DNA of 64,000 bases from Candidatus Cloacimonadota bacterium (GTDB lineage Bacteria > Cloacimonadota > Cloacimonadia > JGIOTU-2): NCBI GenBank assembly GCA_034722995.1, contig JAYEOL010000022.1, positions 4,859 to 68,858 on the forward strand. The letters run 5' to 3'. Positions within the stretch are counted from its first letter, which is position 1; every line of letters starts with the position of its first letter. The notes under the pieces are model-generated. The model worked only from the letters and a program-made list of their open reading frames with translations. It was not told the origin of the DNA and searched no databases. Of this stretch, positions 29,929 through 40,217 are shown in pieces. The position numbers and the translations under genes were made by a program.

Positions 29929-31242
29929 TTAGAATCCAAACCAGGGACCGATGGTGAATGTATAGCCATTCATAGAAGTATCAGGTCCATTAACTATTTT
30001 AACAGATTTTCCATTGCGTTTTGCCTTCCATCCATTCGGTGAATAACTTGTCATATATCCTGCTTCTGCACGAATCCCCAGCCATTTTTTTATTCGCCAC
30101 ATAATCATAACTTTTGGTTGAAATACAATAGATTTCTGTTCCAAAGAAAGAGTGCTTTTGTAATCATAGAACTCGTCCATTTGTTCGCTGGGGTCATCTT
30201 CAAAATCAAAATTATCAATATCAGCTTTATCAATTTGAGAGACCGTTATTTTATTTTTTCCACTTCCTATTAGAAATCCAACAGAACTCACAAATTTTCT
30301 TGATAGTGCAAATCTCTTATCCAAAGTTACACCCCAAAAATTGATTTTGTATTTTGCGTTTCTGGAAACATTAGCTGTATCTAAAATACCTTCATTATTA
30401 TAGTGTATCCAATTGTGTCTTGTGGATTCTGAATTTTCATAACTTGCACCCATTCCACCAATGAACCAGCCTTTGCCTACATTACCTTTACCTCCACCAC
30501 CTTGTAAGAGAAATCCATTTTCAGAAAAGGTCTCTTTTTTGTAGCCAAGATTAGAAAGAATATTGTTAATATCTTTAAGGTCTGGTTGGTACCATACAGG
30601 AATCCAGCTTCCACCGCCGTATCCAGCAGACAATTTCCTTTTACGAATAACTTTTCCTTCTTTTGTAATTTCTTCATACTCTCTTTCTTTCTTTGTCGTT
30701 CTGGAACCCAGAGTGAGTGTAGTTGTCATTATTTTTTCATCTCGGAAGAATTTGACTTCAACCTTATCGCCTACCTGTTTGCTTCTAATTAATCTCGTCA
30801 GGTGGTCTTCAAATCTTGCTTTCTGCCCATCAAATTCCATAATTATATCACTTTCCATTAATCCGGCTTTATCAGCAGGACCACCTTTTACAACTCCATC
30901 TAAAAGCACACCATAGTTATAGTCATAGTGCATTTCATAAGCATCTTCAAAGTCAATGTCATCAAGATAGACACCCATAAAAGGTGTTTCAGCAGACTCG
31001 CTCTTTTCTTCAATTTCTATTTCCGATGATGGGGATATTTCAGAGAGACTTTTTTCCACTTTTTGCATAGCTTCTTCTACTTCTTTATCAGCTTCTTCTA
31101 AGGCTTTTTCAACCTCTTCATTTGGTTCTTGTGCCCACACAGTATTATGAACAAAGATACTTGTGGCCATTATAAACAAGGCTACTACGATGAGTGTTAA
31201 TTTTTTTCCCGACAAGTCGGGACTTACACTTCGTTTCAGCAT
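29929..31242 (-). CDS. PDZ domain-containing secreted or outer-membrane protein
   Basis: Signal peptide, coiled-coil, PDZ (GVLLDGVVKGGPADKAGL..DIIMEFDG), C-terminal ...WFGF. Confidence 0.6.
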   Translation of the reverse strand: MLKRSVSPDLSGKKLTLIVVALFIMATSIFVHNTVWAQEPNEEVEKALEEADKEVEEAMQKVEKSLSEISPSSEIEIEEKSESAETPFMGVYLDDIDFEDAYEMHYDYNYGVLLDGVVKGGPADKAGLMESDIIMEFDGQKARFEDHLTRLIRSKQVGDKVEVKFFRDEKIMTTTLTLGSRTTKKEREYEEITKEGKVIRKRKLSAGYGGGSWIPVWYQPDLKDINNILSNLGYKKETFSENGFLLQGGGGKGNVGKGWFIGGMGASYENSESTRHNWIHYNNEGILDTANVSRNAKYKINFWGVTLDKRFALSRKFVSSVGFLIGSGKNKITVSQIDKADIDNFDFEDDPSEQMDEFYDYKSTLSLEQKSIVFQPKVMIMWRIKKWLGIRAEAGYMTSYSPNGWKAKRNGKSVKIVNGPDTSMNGYTFTIGPWFGF

Positions 31243-31820
31243 TTTTTCTCCTTTTTCCCGATTGACGGGATATTTTTTGTTTTTTTACTATTTACTTTAC
31301 CCATATAATTAACTTAACTGCTTTTTAAGAGCCGGCTCTTTTAGCTTGGGAGAAGCTAAGTTAATTTCCTTGGCAAGTTATATAATGCAACTCGCCTGCG
31401 CCAGATTTCTAATATTGAATACCTTTTCATTTTGGTACCTCCATTATTATCTTTACCTTTTTATAAGACAATTTTCGTGCCAAAAATATAAAATGTGCGT
31501 TAATTTACTTCCATACAGTTGATTACATATATTTAGAATGTGCAACGAATATTTCATTTTTAAATGTGATTTCTATAAATCTGATATATTAATATATCAT
31601 TCTGATATAGCATCTGAATCTATCATAATTCACTATTTAGTATTTACTAACCAACTCAGGTTTCCATTGCAAAATTATAACTCATTTTGTGGATTAGCTT
31701 TTGAACTTTCCGACAGAGACGCTTGCCTGCCAAAGACCATCTTCCTGCGATTTCATCGGGGTTTGGCATCTACCTTAGGCATCTCATTTGTAATTTGTCA
31801 TTTGTAATTTGCAATTTCTA

Positions 31821-32645
31821 TTACATATATTCCATTGTTCCTTTGGCAAATAATATATCAAGAGCAATCAGAGCAGCACCACCACGTTTATCCAAATCTC
31901 CGATTAATCCCTCCACTTCCTTTACCAAAGTAGAAAGTTCTGATTCACTTACAAGAGCTAAAATTGTTTTACTGTAATTCTTATGCTGTCCCAGAAAATT
32001 GATAAAGTCAGCGAACAGTGGGACTTTAGTTAGAATTCCTCCCATTCCAATGGAATCAATCACAGTTGAACCTTTTATTCCCAGTTCAATAAAGAGTTCA
32101 AGGATGTCTTCCAAAAATCTTTTCTCATAAAGGATGATAATTAACAGTTTCTGTTTTTCAGCAGGCACTGGCTTTTTTATTCCTTCTCCACAGGCCATAA
32201 CTATTATTTCATAGAGTTCTTCTGGAGTTGGTGCCTTTAGCAGTTTATTTCTGATCTTTTCATCTCGCAACATTAAAGAAATGGCAGATAGTAGTTTCAA
32301 ATGGTCATTAGGTTTGTCAGGTGGTCCCACCATAAGGAAGAATATATGGACCTTCTTATTATCAAGTGCCTCAAACTGAACACCTTTCTCAGATGTAGCA
32401 ATTGCTAATACGAAATCTGAGAGCCCTTCCATTTTGCAGTGTGGAATTGCAATGCCCTGGCCCAATCCTGTGCTACCAAGTTTCTCTCTTTTCCAGAAAG
32501 AATTCAAGATTGTCTGCGCGTCTATGTTATCCAAAATTGGAGAATTTTTAAGAAGACTTACTAATTCTTTTAGTGCATCCTCTTTTTTCCTTGAATGCAA
32601 ATTTACCTTACAGCATTCTTTAGATAATATCTCATATAGTTTCAT
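31821..32645 (-). CDS. PTS EIIA type-2 (PtsN-like) domain protein with an extra C-terminal domain
   Basis: EIIA-2 core ...LGSTGLGQGIAIPHC... with the phosphorylatable His. Confidence 0.65.
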   Translation of the reverse strand: MKLYEILSKECCKVNLHSRKKEDALKELVSLLKNSPILDNIDAQTILNSFWKREKLGSTGLGQGIAIPHCKMEGLSDFVLAIATSEKGVQFEALDNKKVHIFFLMVGPPDKPNDHLKLLSAISLMLRDEKIRNKLLKAPTPEELYEIIVMACGEGIKKPVPAEKQKLLIIILYEKRFLEDILELFIELGIKGSTVIDSIGMGGILTKVPLFADFINFLGQHKNYSKTILALVSESELSTLVKEVEGLIGDLDKRGGAALIALDILFAKGTMEYM

Positions 32646-32796
32646 AATTTTCCTTCCTGCCTACCGACAGGTAGATAAGTATTTACCACAAAGACACGAA
32701 GATAATTAGTAAACCCGTGAATTTGTGAACTCGTGGACTAGTTACCAGTTTACTAATTTACCAATTTACTAATTTATTTTTCTATAGTTTTATAGT

Positions 32797-34086
32797 TCAA
32801 TATACATCATCTCCCAATTCAGCACCCTTGATAATTGCCCATTTAGATAGACCTGGACCTAATAATTCATTTACAAAAACTGAGAATATAACAATGTTTA
32901 CCATAGTTACTGCAATGCTTTGCATTTGAATGCTTGCATGAACAATAATCGGTGATGCTTGAACCATTAGAACCAATCCAATTGCCACTCCGGCTTGTGG
33001 AAACATACAGAAGCCAAGATAATTTCTAATATTTAGTTCTGATTTGCTACAAGATGCACCTAAGTATACACCAGAATATTTACCAATCAGTCTTGCCAGA
33101 ATGAATATTAGACCAAAGAATAAAATTTTTGGACCTGTAAAGATACCAAGCTGTAATTCTGTTCCAGCAATAGCAAAAAAGGCAGCATAAATCGGTGGAG
33201 TAAGCGGTTCTAATATTCTTGAAATACGTTCATTCTTTGCAGATAGGTTTACCAAAGTTGCTCCCACCATCATATTTGTCATAAGTGGTGAGATATGGAG
33301 TGGATGCGCCAGTCCAATTATAATAAAGACAATACCCAGAGAGACAATCATAATCTCACTTTTATTCTGTCTTTTGTAAGTTACCCTATGCAGAATATAT
33401 CCTCCCAAGAATCCAATGATGAGTGAGAATAATATTTCCCAGAACGCCTTTGCAATCGTAATTCCAACAGCAACTGAGGTACCATTAGCTTTTGAAATTA
33501 TAGAGCCTACTAAAGCAAGAACAATACTAAAAAGGAGCACTGAGCCTGCATCATCTAGAGCCACAAGACCATAAAGATAGTCAACAAATTTTCCACGTGC
33601 TCGCAAACTTTGGACAATAACCACTGTAGCAGCCGGTGCTGTTGCAGTAGCAATTGCTCCTAAAAGGAGAGCGAATTCAGACTTAAATCCGGCTAAAATT
33701 AATGCTAAGCTTACTATAAGAAAGGTCATTCCTATTTGGAAAAATGTGGTAATCGCAACTTTCCTGCCGATAGCTTTTAATTTTACTTTTGAGAATTCAC
33801 CTCCAATTACAAGAGCAATCAGTCCCAATGCAGTTTCTGTAATAGGCCGTAGAGCATGAACCATTTTGAGCTCAATCACTGCACCAATAGATTCTCCCAA
33901 GAGTATACCTGCTATAATATAGCCAGTAATTACAGGAAGTTTTACTTTTTCAGCAAGTTTGCCAAGTATATATCCAGCAATTAGCAGGATTCCAATTGCA
34001 AAGAGAATATGCTGACTAACTGCTGTTCTCAGCCAGATTAGTCCATCTTTGAGAATGATGCAGATAGCAGATAAAGTTGTTGACAT
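32797..34086 (-). CDS. Cation:proton antiporter (CPA2/KefB-like)
   Basis: 429-aa polytopic membrane protein with CPA2-like helices. Confidence 0.7.
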   Translation of the reverse strand: MSTTLSAICIILKDGLIWLRTAVSQHILFAIGILLIAGYILGKLAEKVKLPVITGYIIAGILLGESIGAVIELKMVHALRPITETALGLIALVIGGEFSKVKLKAIGRKVAITTFFQIGMTFLIVSLALILAGFKSEFALLLGAIATATAPAATVVIVQSLRARGKFVDYLYGLVALDDAGSVLLFSIVLALVGSIISKANGTSVAVGITIAKAFWEILFSLIIGFLGGYILHRVTYKRQNKSEIMIVSLGIVFIIIGLAHPLHISPLMTNMMVGATLVNLSAKNERISRILEPLTPPIYAAFFAIAGTELQLGIFTGPKILFFGLIFILARLIGKYSGVYLGASCSKSELNIRNYLGFCMFPQAGVAIGLVLMVQASPIIVHASIQMQSIAVTMVNIVIFSVFVNELLGPGLSKWAIIKGAELGDDVY

Positions 34087-34216
34087 AATCTATCTTTCTT
34101 AAGAAATTTTATGGGAAGATTTTTCTTGTGGATTGGACATTGATGTCAAGATAAAGTTAAAAAAGTGTTAAAAAATTGACATAGAAAATAGAATCATAAG
34201 AAAGTTTGTATCTAAT

Positions 34217-34732
34217 ATGAAAGAACTTTCAGATGAATATTGGATGAATATTGCATTAGAAGAAGCACAAACTGCCTTTGCAGAAGATGAAATTCCCATA
34301 GGTGCAGTTTTGGTATGCAATGATAAACTTATTGCCCGAGCTCATAATAGCACGCAGAGATTAAATAGTCCTCTGGCTCATGCAGAAAAATTAGTTATTG
34401 AATTGGCTCAACAGGAATTGGGAAAGTGGTTATGTGATTGCAGATTGTATATAACACTCGAGCCATGTGCAATGTGTGCTGGTGCGATTATTCTCTCAAG
34501 AATAAAATCAGTAATTTTTGGTACTTTTGATGAGAAAAACGGGGCATGTGGGTCTTTATATAATTTGCTTTCAGATAGGCGATTTAATCATAATCCCGAA
34601 GTAAAATCTGGTATTTTCGCAAAAGAATCCAGTGAACTCTTGAAGAGATTTTTTAATGAAAAGAGAATTTCAACCACCTGCCTTTTCACCCTTCGTCCCG
34701 ATGAAATCGGGACTACGGAGAACGGGCGTTAA
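34217..34732 (+). CDS. tadA: tRNA-specific adenosine deaminase TadA with a roughly 21-aa C-terminal extension
   Basis: HAE and PCAMCAGA zinc-binding motifs. The canonical C-terminus (...LKRFFNEKR) is followed by ISTTCLFTLRPDEIGTTENGR, encoded by a repeat module. Confidence 0.85.
   Translation: MKELSDEYWMNIALEEAQTAFAEDEIPIGAVLVCNDKLIARAHNSTQRLNSPLAHAEKLVIELAQQELGKWLCDCRLYITLEPCAMCAGAIILSRIKSVIFGTFDEKNGACGSLYNLLSDRRFNHNPEVKSGIFAKESSELLKRFFNEKRISTTCLFTLRPDEIGTTENGR
34695..34713 (+). repeat. Hairpin module gtcccga-tgaaa-tcgggac inside the 3' extension of tadA. Copies of the same family lie at 58909-58928, 59041-59066 and 57632-57651.
   Basis: Read directly. The flanking ctacggagaacgggcg is also a recurring module. 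Confidence 0.65.
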
Positions 34733-34873
34733 GACTACGGCAAGGCAGGCAAATTAACATAAATAATTGAAGTTAGGAGTAGAACGAAATGCGAAGAGAG
34801 TGAAATGCAGATCAGATATAGAAGTTTCCAACTCATATATGCTCCCCGCTCAATGCTCTACGCTCTACAAAAA

Positions 34874-34963
<90 letters not shown>

Positions 34964-35119
34964 TACTTCGTTAAAACTTCGTATGGCAAGCCATTTTATT
35001 ATAAGATTGAGCCACGAACTAACGCGAACTCGCACAAATTATTATAATATCTATTTTGTACGGTAATATTATATTTTATTCGTGCCAGTTCGTGTATGTT
35101 CATGGCTAAAGAAGTTCTT

Positions 35120-35210
35120 GGAGAGATGCCAGAGTGGTTGAATGGGACGGTCTCGAAAATCGTTTTCCCGATTATCGGGAACGTGGGTTCGAATCCCACT
35201 CTCTCCGCCA
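35120..35210 (+). tRNA. tRNA-Ser(CGA), long variable arm (TTCCCGATTATCGGGAAC), encoded CCA
   Basis: Acceptor GGAGAGA/TCTCTCC, anticodon loop CTCGAAA, T-loop GTGGG TTCGAAT CCCAC. Confidence 0.85.
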
Positions 35211-35364
35211 TAATTCGTTAAAACTTCCACTCGCCATCCAGATGTATCGGGATGGAGGAGGAGTGTCGTATGGCAAGCCATTTTATTATAAGATTGAGCC
35301 ACGAATTTACCCTGTCAGGCTCGGCCAGTCTTGGCGGGGCCAAGCCCCGACAGGCGCCCAGACG

Positions 35365-35400
35365 GGTGAAATAATCCTGATATATCAGGATTATTTCACC
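35365..35400. repeat. Perfect 36-bp palindrome (ggtgaaataatcctgata|tatcaggattatttcacc) downstream of the tRNA-Ser pair
   Basis: Verified base by base. Confidence 0.8.
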
Positions 35401-35592
35401 GGGTATGCACTAACTGACACGAACAGAATATAATAATAGTTCTGGTAAAAATAAAACATCAGGTTTCCCCAAAATGATGCTGGAGATGAGATTGATATTA
35501 ATGGTATAAAAAAATGAATTAAAGCTTTGACAAAAAGGTGAATAAATTTGATATTTTAAAAATATACAGAAAAAACTTAAAGAAAGGATACT

Positions 35593-36267
35593 ATGAAAAA
35601 ATTTATGGTATTAATATTATCTTTGACTATGTTATTTATAGTTAATTGCTCATCAAGCACAGATAATAATCCCACAACTCCCTCTGTTACGATAACCCAA
35701 CCTGTGGATGGAGATACACTTTTTACATCAACTACTTTGATAAAAATAGAAGTATCAGCCGATGAAGATATTGATAATGTTTCATTTAGTATAGATGATG
35801 AAGGGATATATACTGACCAGACCCAACCATTTGAATGCGAATGGTCTGATTTTTATTGGGCAGATGGGCAAAAGCATACTATTGAAGCAACAGCCTATGA
35901 TATTAATAATATTCCGGGATCTGATAACATAACTATTACAGTCTCAGAAGATGCTAAGAGATATCCCACATTACTGGAGCCTGAAGATAGTAGTGAAGTG
36001 CAAAATCCGATAGAATTCAAATGGAAAAGTCTTCCTGATGCTCAGTACTATACTATGAAAATTGTAAAAGAAGACGATACCACCTTTACATTTATACAAC
36101 AGACAACCGAAACTTTACCCCCTGCACACCCTGATACAACTCTCAATTTCAGTATTCCTGATACTGCTGGTCTTGGTCATTATACCTGGACAGTACAAGT
36201 CCAAAATATATGGACTCTTTGGAGTGAATATAGTCCACCTTTCCATTTTATTTTAACGGACGAGTAA
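35593..36267 (+). CDS. Hypothetical lipoprotein with Ig-like domains
   Basis: Lipobox IVNCSSS; 224 aa, beta-rich. Confidence 0.5.
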   Translation: MKKFMVLILSLTMLFIVNCSSSTDNNPTTPSVTITQPVDGDTLFTSTTLIKIEVSADEDIDNVSFSIDDEGIYTDQTQPFECEWSDFYWADGQKHTIEATAYDINNIPGSDNITITVSEDAKRYPTLLEPEDSSEVQNPIEFKWKSLPDAQYYTMKIVKEDDTTFTFIQQTTETLPPAHPDTTLNFSIPDTAGLGHYTWTVQVQNIWTLWSEYSPPFHFILTDE

Positions 36268-36792
36268 GTCTAATTTAAAAATGCATCTATTTTTAATATT
36301 GTTGCCCAAACAATTTATTAAAGTAATTAAATAGTGTGAACACAAAATAAACTTTCCTGTATAGAATAAAGATTGATAAAAATTCATACTAATAATTTAA
36401 AAAAAAGTAATCTTGTATACACTTATCTGTCAAGAAATCAGAGCCCTTTTAAATTTTTTGCAGTTTTCTTCTTAAAGAAAGCATATCTGTTTAATAATAT
36501 AAGAGCCTTGTAGATACCCAATTTTTGACGAATAAAAACAGTTACTTATGTTTTAGATTTTTGTAAAATAAGAATGAAGAGGGAAAGAATAATACTTCAT
36601 TATAATCAAAAACATCACAGATTTATTAAGATTTTTTAACTTAATAAAATTTCTTGGTTGACAAGAAATATTTTTTTTGTGTTTTTGGAGATGTGTTTGT
36701 AATGATTTTTATTGGTTTTTTTTCATGTCTTGAAAATATTTTAGTCATTTTTGCCCGATTTTTCATTAAAAAAGTAATTTATATGAGGAGTT

Positions 36793-37251
36793 ATGTTTGA
36801 AATCAAAATTTTAAAAACGAAAGATCATCTAAATGAAACAATAACAAAAAATTCAATTGTTGATTTTCTCTATGAACATTTAGACCGTTTTAGAGATACC
36901 AAAAGTGCAATTTCTAAATCTATTGATTATGCTTTTTCCAAAGAAAGCGGAAAAGGTGGATTTATTCTTACTGCAATAGAAAAGGGAAAAATTGTAGGAG
37001 CTGTTGTAATAAATAAAACTGGAATGACTGAATATATTCCTGAAAATGTTTTAGTTTATATTGCGGTTCATAAAGATTATAGAGTAGTTAAGGGTATAGG
37101 AAGATATCTTATGGAAAAAGCGCTTGATATTTCGGAGGGAGATATTTCTTTACATGTAGAATATGATAATAAAGCTGCAATAAAACTTTATAAAAGAATT
37201 GGTTTTTCAACAAAATATGTTGAAATGAGATATAAAAAATGTCAGAAGTAA
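36793..37251 (+). CDS. GNAT family N-acetyltransferase
   Basis: Motif A ...YIAVHKDYRVVKGIGRYLMEKAL; 152 aa. Confidence 0.75.
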   Translation: MFEIKILKTKDHLNETITKNSIVDFLYEHLDRFRDTKSAISKSIDYAFSKESGKGGFILTAIEKGKIVGAVVINKTGMTEYIPENVLVYIAVHKDYRVVKGIGRYLMEKALDISEGDISLHVEYDNKAAIKLYKRIGFSTKYVEMRYKKCQK

Positions 37252-38336
37252 TTATTAAAAAAAACAGAATTATTAGTAACATTGATAAAATTAATACATA
37301 TTTGGGCAATAATAACATCAAGTGGTCATTAATTGTAAAAGTTCTTTCCGGTCATAAAGAATTATTGCATTCGATACTTTCAAATCCTCTGATAAAAAAG
37401 GTCCATTCGATCGGTGATTCAAGACTCTCAAATTTGAAAGTAATAAAGAAAGTCGCTCCGGACATAGTTACAATGTATATCAAACCTACTGCTATCAAAA
37501 ATGTTAAATCTGTCATCAAATTCGCAGATATTTCATTTAATACAACTCTTTCAACTATTTTAGCATTAAATGAAGAAGCAAAAAAAAACAATAAGATTCA
37601 CAGAATAATTATCATGATTGAAATGGGAGAATTAAGAGAAGGAATTATTCGGGAAAATATTGTTGATTTTTATTCAAATATCTTTGAACTCTCCAACGTT
37701 AAAGTTATTGGTTTAGGAACTAATTTAGGTTGTATGTATGGAATTGAACCGACTTATGATAAATTGATACAATTGTCGCTTTATAAACAATTATTAGAAA
37801 CGAAATTCAATAAAAAATTAAACCTGATTTCCGGAGGGAGTTCCATAACACTTCCATTAATAGGAAAGCACAAAATTCCAAAAGCTGTAAATCATTTCAG
37901 AATAGGGGAAGCAGCATTTTTTGGGACATCTCCTTTTAATAATAAAAAATTTCGCAATTTTTCTACTGAAGCATTTGAATTTAAAGCAAACATTATTGAA
38001 TTAGAGGAAAAGGAAGTTGAACCTGATGGTATAATAAGTGATGGCAGTGTTGGTCATATAAAAGAAGCGGGAAAAGATGCTTCATTTCCAAAAAGTTATA
38101 AAGCTATTCTCGATTTTGGGATTTTAGATGTTGATGTGAATGAACTTACACTAAAAGATAAAAATATAAATTTCATTGGAACTACTTCCGATATGACTGT
38201 TTATGATATAGGTCCTAATTTAACAAAATTTCAAAGAACAAAATATAGAGTTGGTAAACAGATAAGTTTTCATCCCAGTTATATGGCTGTTGCAAGATTG
38301 ATGAGTTCGAAATTTGTTGAAAAGAAAATTGTTTAA
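37239..38336 (+). CDS. PLP-dependent alanine-racemase-fold protein (YhfX/ornithine-racemase-like)
   Basis: 365 aa; putative PLP lysine in WSLIVKVLSGH. Start overlaps the GNAT gene. Family assignment is tentative. Confidence 0.55.
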   Translation: MSEVIIKKNRIISNIDKINTYLGNNNIKWSLIVKVLSGHKELLHSILSNPLIKKVHSIGDSRLSNLKVIKKVAPDIVTMYIKPTAIKNVKSVIKFADISFNTTLSTILALNEEAKKNNKIHRIIIMIEMGELREGIIRENIVDFYSNIFELSNVKVIGLGTNLGCMYGIEPTYDKLIQLSLYKQLLETKFNKKLNLISGGSSITLPLIGKHKIPKAVNHFRIGEAAFFGTSPFNNKKFRNFSTEAFEFKANIIELEEKEVEPDGIISDGSVGHIKEAGKDASFPKSYKAILDFGILDVDVNELTLKDKNINFIGTTSDMTVYDIGPNLTKFQRTKYRVGKQISFHPSYMAVARLMSSKFVEKKIV

Positions 38337-38367
38337 ACAATATTTTCGCAAAATTTAGAATATTTAT

Positions 38368-38605
38368 ATGAGTTCTGCAAAATTAAGGAAAATTTCAAAA
38401 ACCATTAAAATGGTTGAAACTTTCTTTTCGTTTCGTTGTTACTTCCCACAACTGATCCGTTTGAGCCGGAGTAAACAGTTGCGGGTTAATTCAATACATT
38501 ATATGACATTATCCGGCAGTTGTCGGATCAACTGTGGGACAAAATATAACATAAACCAAACAACAACCGCTTCAGCGGTTTCCACTTCTATTTTGCAGAA
38601 CTCAT
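38368..38605 (+). promoter_or_regulatory. Structured 238-nt leader/element upstream of the APC permease. It has 16-bp terminal IRs (atgagttctgcaaaat / attttgcagaactcat), internal stems (cccacaactgatccg … cggatcaactgtggg) and a terminator-like hairpin (aaccgc-ttca-gcggtt + U-tract) at 38565-38596.
   Basis: Read directly. GC-richer than flanking DNA. The track ORF 38368-38613 inside it is probably spurious. Confidence 0.5.
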
Positions 38606-38630
38606 TAAGTTAAAAAGAATTGGAGGAAAG

Positions 38631-40205
38631 ATGAAAGAAGGAATAATTTTTACAAGGCGCGCCTCAGGACTCGTTAGAGAATTATCCTGGTTTGATGTAT
38701 TTATTTTTGTTGTTGCAGGTCCTGCTGCATCCGGTGTTATGTTCTATTCTGTATCAACGGCAGCAGATTTTCCGGGAGCAAGTTTACCTTTAGCTTTTTT
38801 GATCGGGCTTTTCATTTTTTTACCGATTATGCTATTAGTTGCAATTACTTCAGCAACAATGCCGCGTTCAGGTGGTTTATATATTGCGATTAGTAGAGTT
38901 TTAGGACCAACAATGGGTTTCATAAGTTCCTGGCTATTATTTATTGGATATGGAATTTCCAGTGGAGTTCTGGGTTATCTTGTGGTTGGTTTGATAGGTT
39001 CGGGATTTTCTACAGCAGCCTTAAGCAGCGGAATTGGCTGGTTAGCGAATGCAGGAAAAATAATGCAGACCTCAGCAGGTCAACTTGTCGGTGGAACTAT
39101 CTGGGTAATTTTCTTCTGGTATATAGCTTACACAGGAATTAGAAAAGTTAAAAAAATAATGCGGATTGCTTTCTTTATTCCTTTAGTTGGGACAGTAATC
39201 GCAATTTTTTGGTTTTTCCTTTCTGGTGGAATCGAGAGTGTATCTGCTGCTTTTAATCAAACATGGGGAGCAGGAGCATTTGAAGCCATTCAACAAAAAG
39301 CTGCTGAATTGGGTTGGAAAGCTCATAACTTTAACTGGGGAACAACCATCAGTTCTCTTATCGTAGTAATCTGGGCATATTCCAGTATTACGATTATCAA
39401 CTATGCAGGCGGTGAAATAAAAACTCCCAAAACCAGTATGATAAGAGGTTTTATGCTGGGAACTATTTTTGTGGGATTGTTTTATGTGATAATTGTAGTT
39501 GCTGTTTATAAGGCATTCGGAAATTTTATAGGTTGCTACGATTTTCTTTTTGATAATCATCCAAAAGTTCTTGCTGGAATTATGGGAGAAACTGTTAAAC
39601 CATCCATTCCTTTCTATTTTATGTCAATTGCCAAAAATGTCTGGTTCGGCTTGATCGTTGCAGTTTCCATAGCCTTATGGTTTGCAAATTCCATTCTTCC
39701 CGGATTTCTTGCAAATTCCAGGTTAGCTTTTGCTTTAGCAATGGATAAATCATTTCCGAAATCACTTGCAAAAGTAAACAGAAAAACAGGTTCTCCCACA
39801 AATGCTGTTCATTTGAATGCGGTTTTCTGCTTTATCGGCGTTTTGATAATGCTGCTTTCTGTAAATGTGATTCTTTCGATATTAACAGTTACCACCTTTT
39901 TTATTTTCTGGCCATATGGTTTAAGCGCAATGTTGCTTCCATATCATAAACCGGAGATTTATAATCGTTCACCGGTAAAATGGGAAATCTTCAAAATTCC
40001 GGTCATGAGTATATTAGGTGCATTTACATTTATTGTTGGCTGGTTTTTTATCTATCTGTCTATCAGAAATTTCTCACCAGTTATAATGCTAACCTTAATT
40101 GGTGTGATGTTGATTGGAATGGTCGTTTATTTAGTTCAGCAAAATAAGAACAAAAAAGATGGTGTGGATGTGAGTAAAATATATTCACAAATTCCACCTG
40201 AATAG
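38631..40205 (+). CDS. APC-superfamily amino acid permease
   Basis: 524 aa, about 12 predicted TM helices. Confidence 0.75.
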   Translation: MKEGIIFTRRASGLVRELSWFDVFIFVVAGPAASGVMFYSVSTAADFPGASLPLAFLIGLFIFLPIMLLVAITSATMPRSGGLYIAISRVLGPTMGFISSWLLFIGYGISSGVLGYLVVGLIGSGFSTAALSSGIGWLANAGKIMQTSAGQLVGGTIWVIFFWYIAYTGIRKVKKIMRIAFFIPLVGTVIAIFWFFLSGGIESVSAAFNQTWGAGAFEAIQQKAAELGWKAHNFNWGTTISSLIVVIWAYSSITIINYAGGEIKTPKTSMIRGFMLGTIFVGLFYVIIVVAVYKAFGNFIGCYDFLFDNHPKVLAGIMGETVKPSIPFYFMSIAKNVWFGLIVAVSIALWFANSILPGFLANSRLAFALAMDKSFPKSLAKVNRKTGSPTNAVHLNAVFCFIGVLIMLLSVNVILSILTVTTFFIFWPYGLSAMLLPYHKPEIYNRSPVKWEIFKIPVMSILGAFTFIVGWFFIYLSIRNFSPVIMLTLIGVMLIGMVVYLVQQNKNKKDGVDVSKIYSQIPPE

Positions 40206-40217
40206 AGGAGTTTATTT

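Noticed and set aside
31243-31820. 578-nt intergenic region as a housekeeping ncRNA (tmRNA, RNase P, SRP, 6S)
   Set aside because: None of the conserved motifs I could check by eye were present. The region is AT-rich with only small hairpins (aagagccggctctt, cccgattgacggg). The possibility of an sRNA remains open.
38368-38613. Track ORF of 81 aa between the racemase-like gene and the permease
   Set aside because: It lies entirely within a GC-rich inverted-repeat structure ending in a terminator hairpin. The protein is low-complexity with no RBS and no family resemblance. It is most likely a non-coding structured element.
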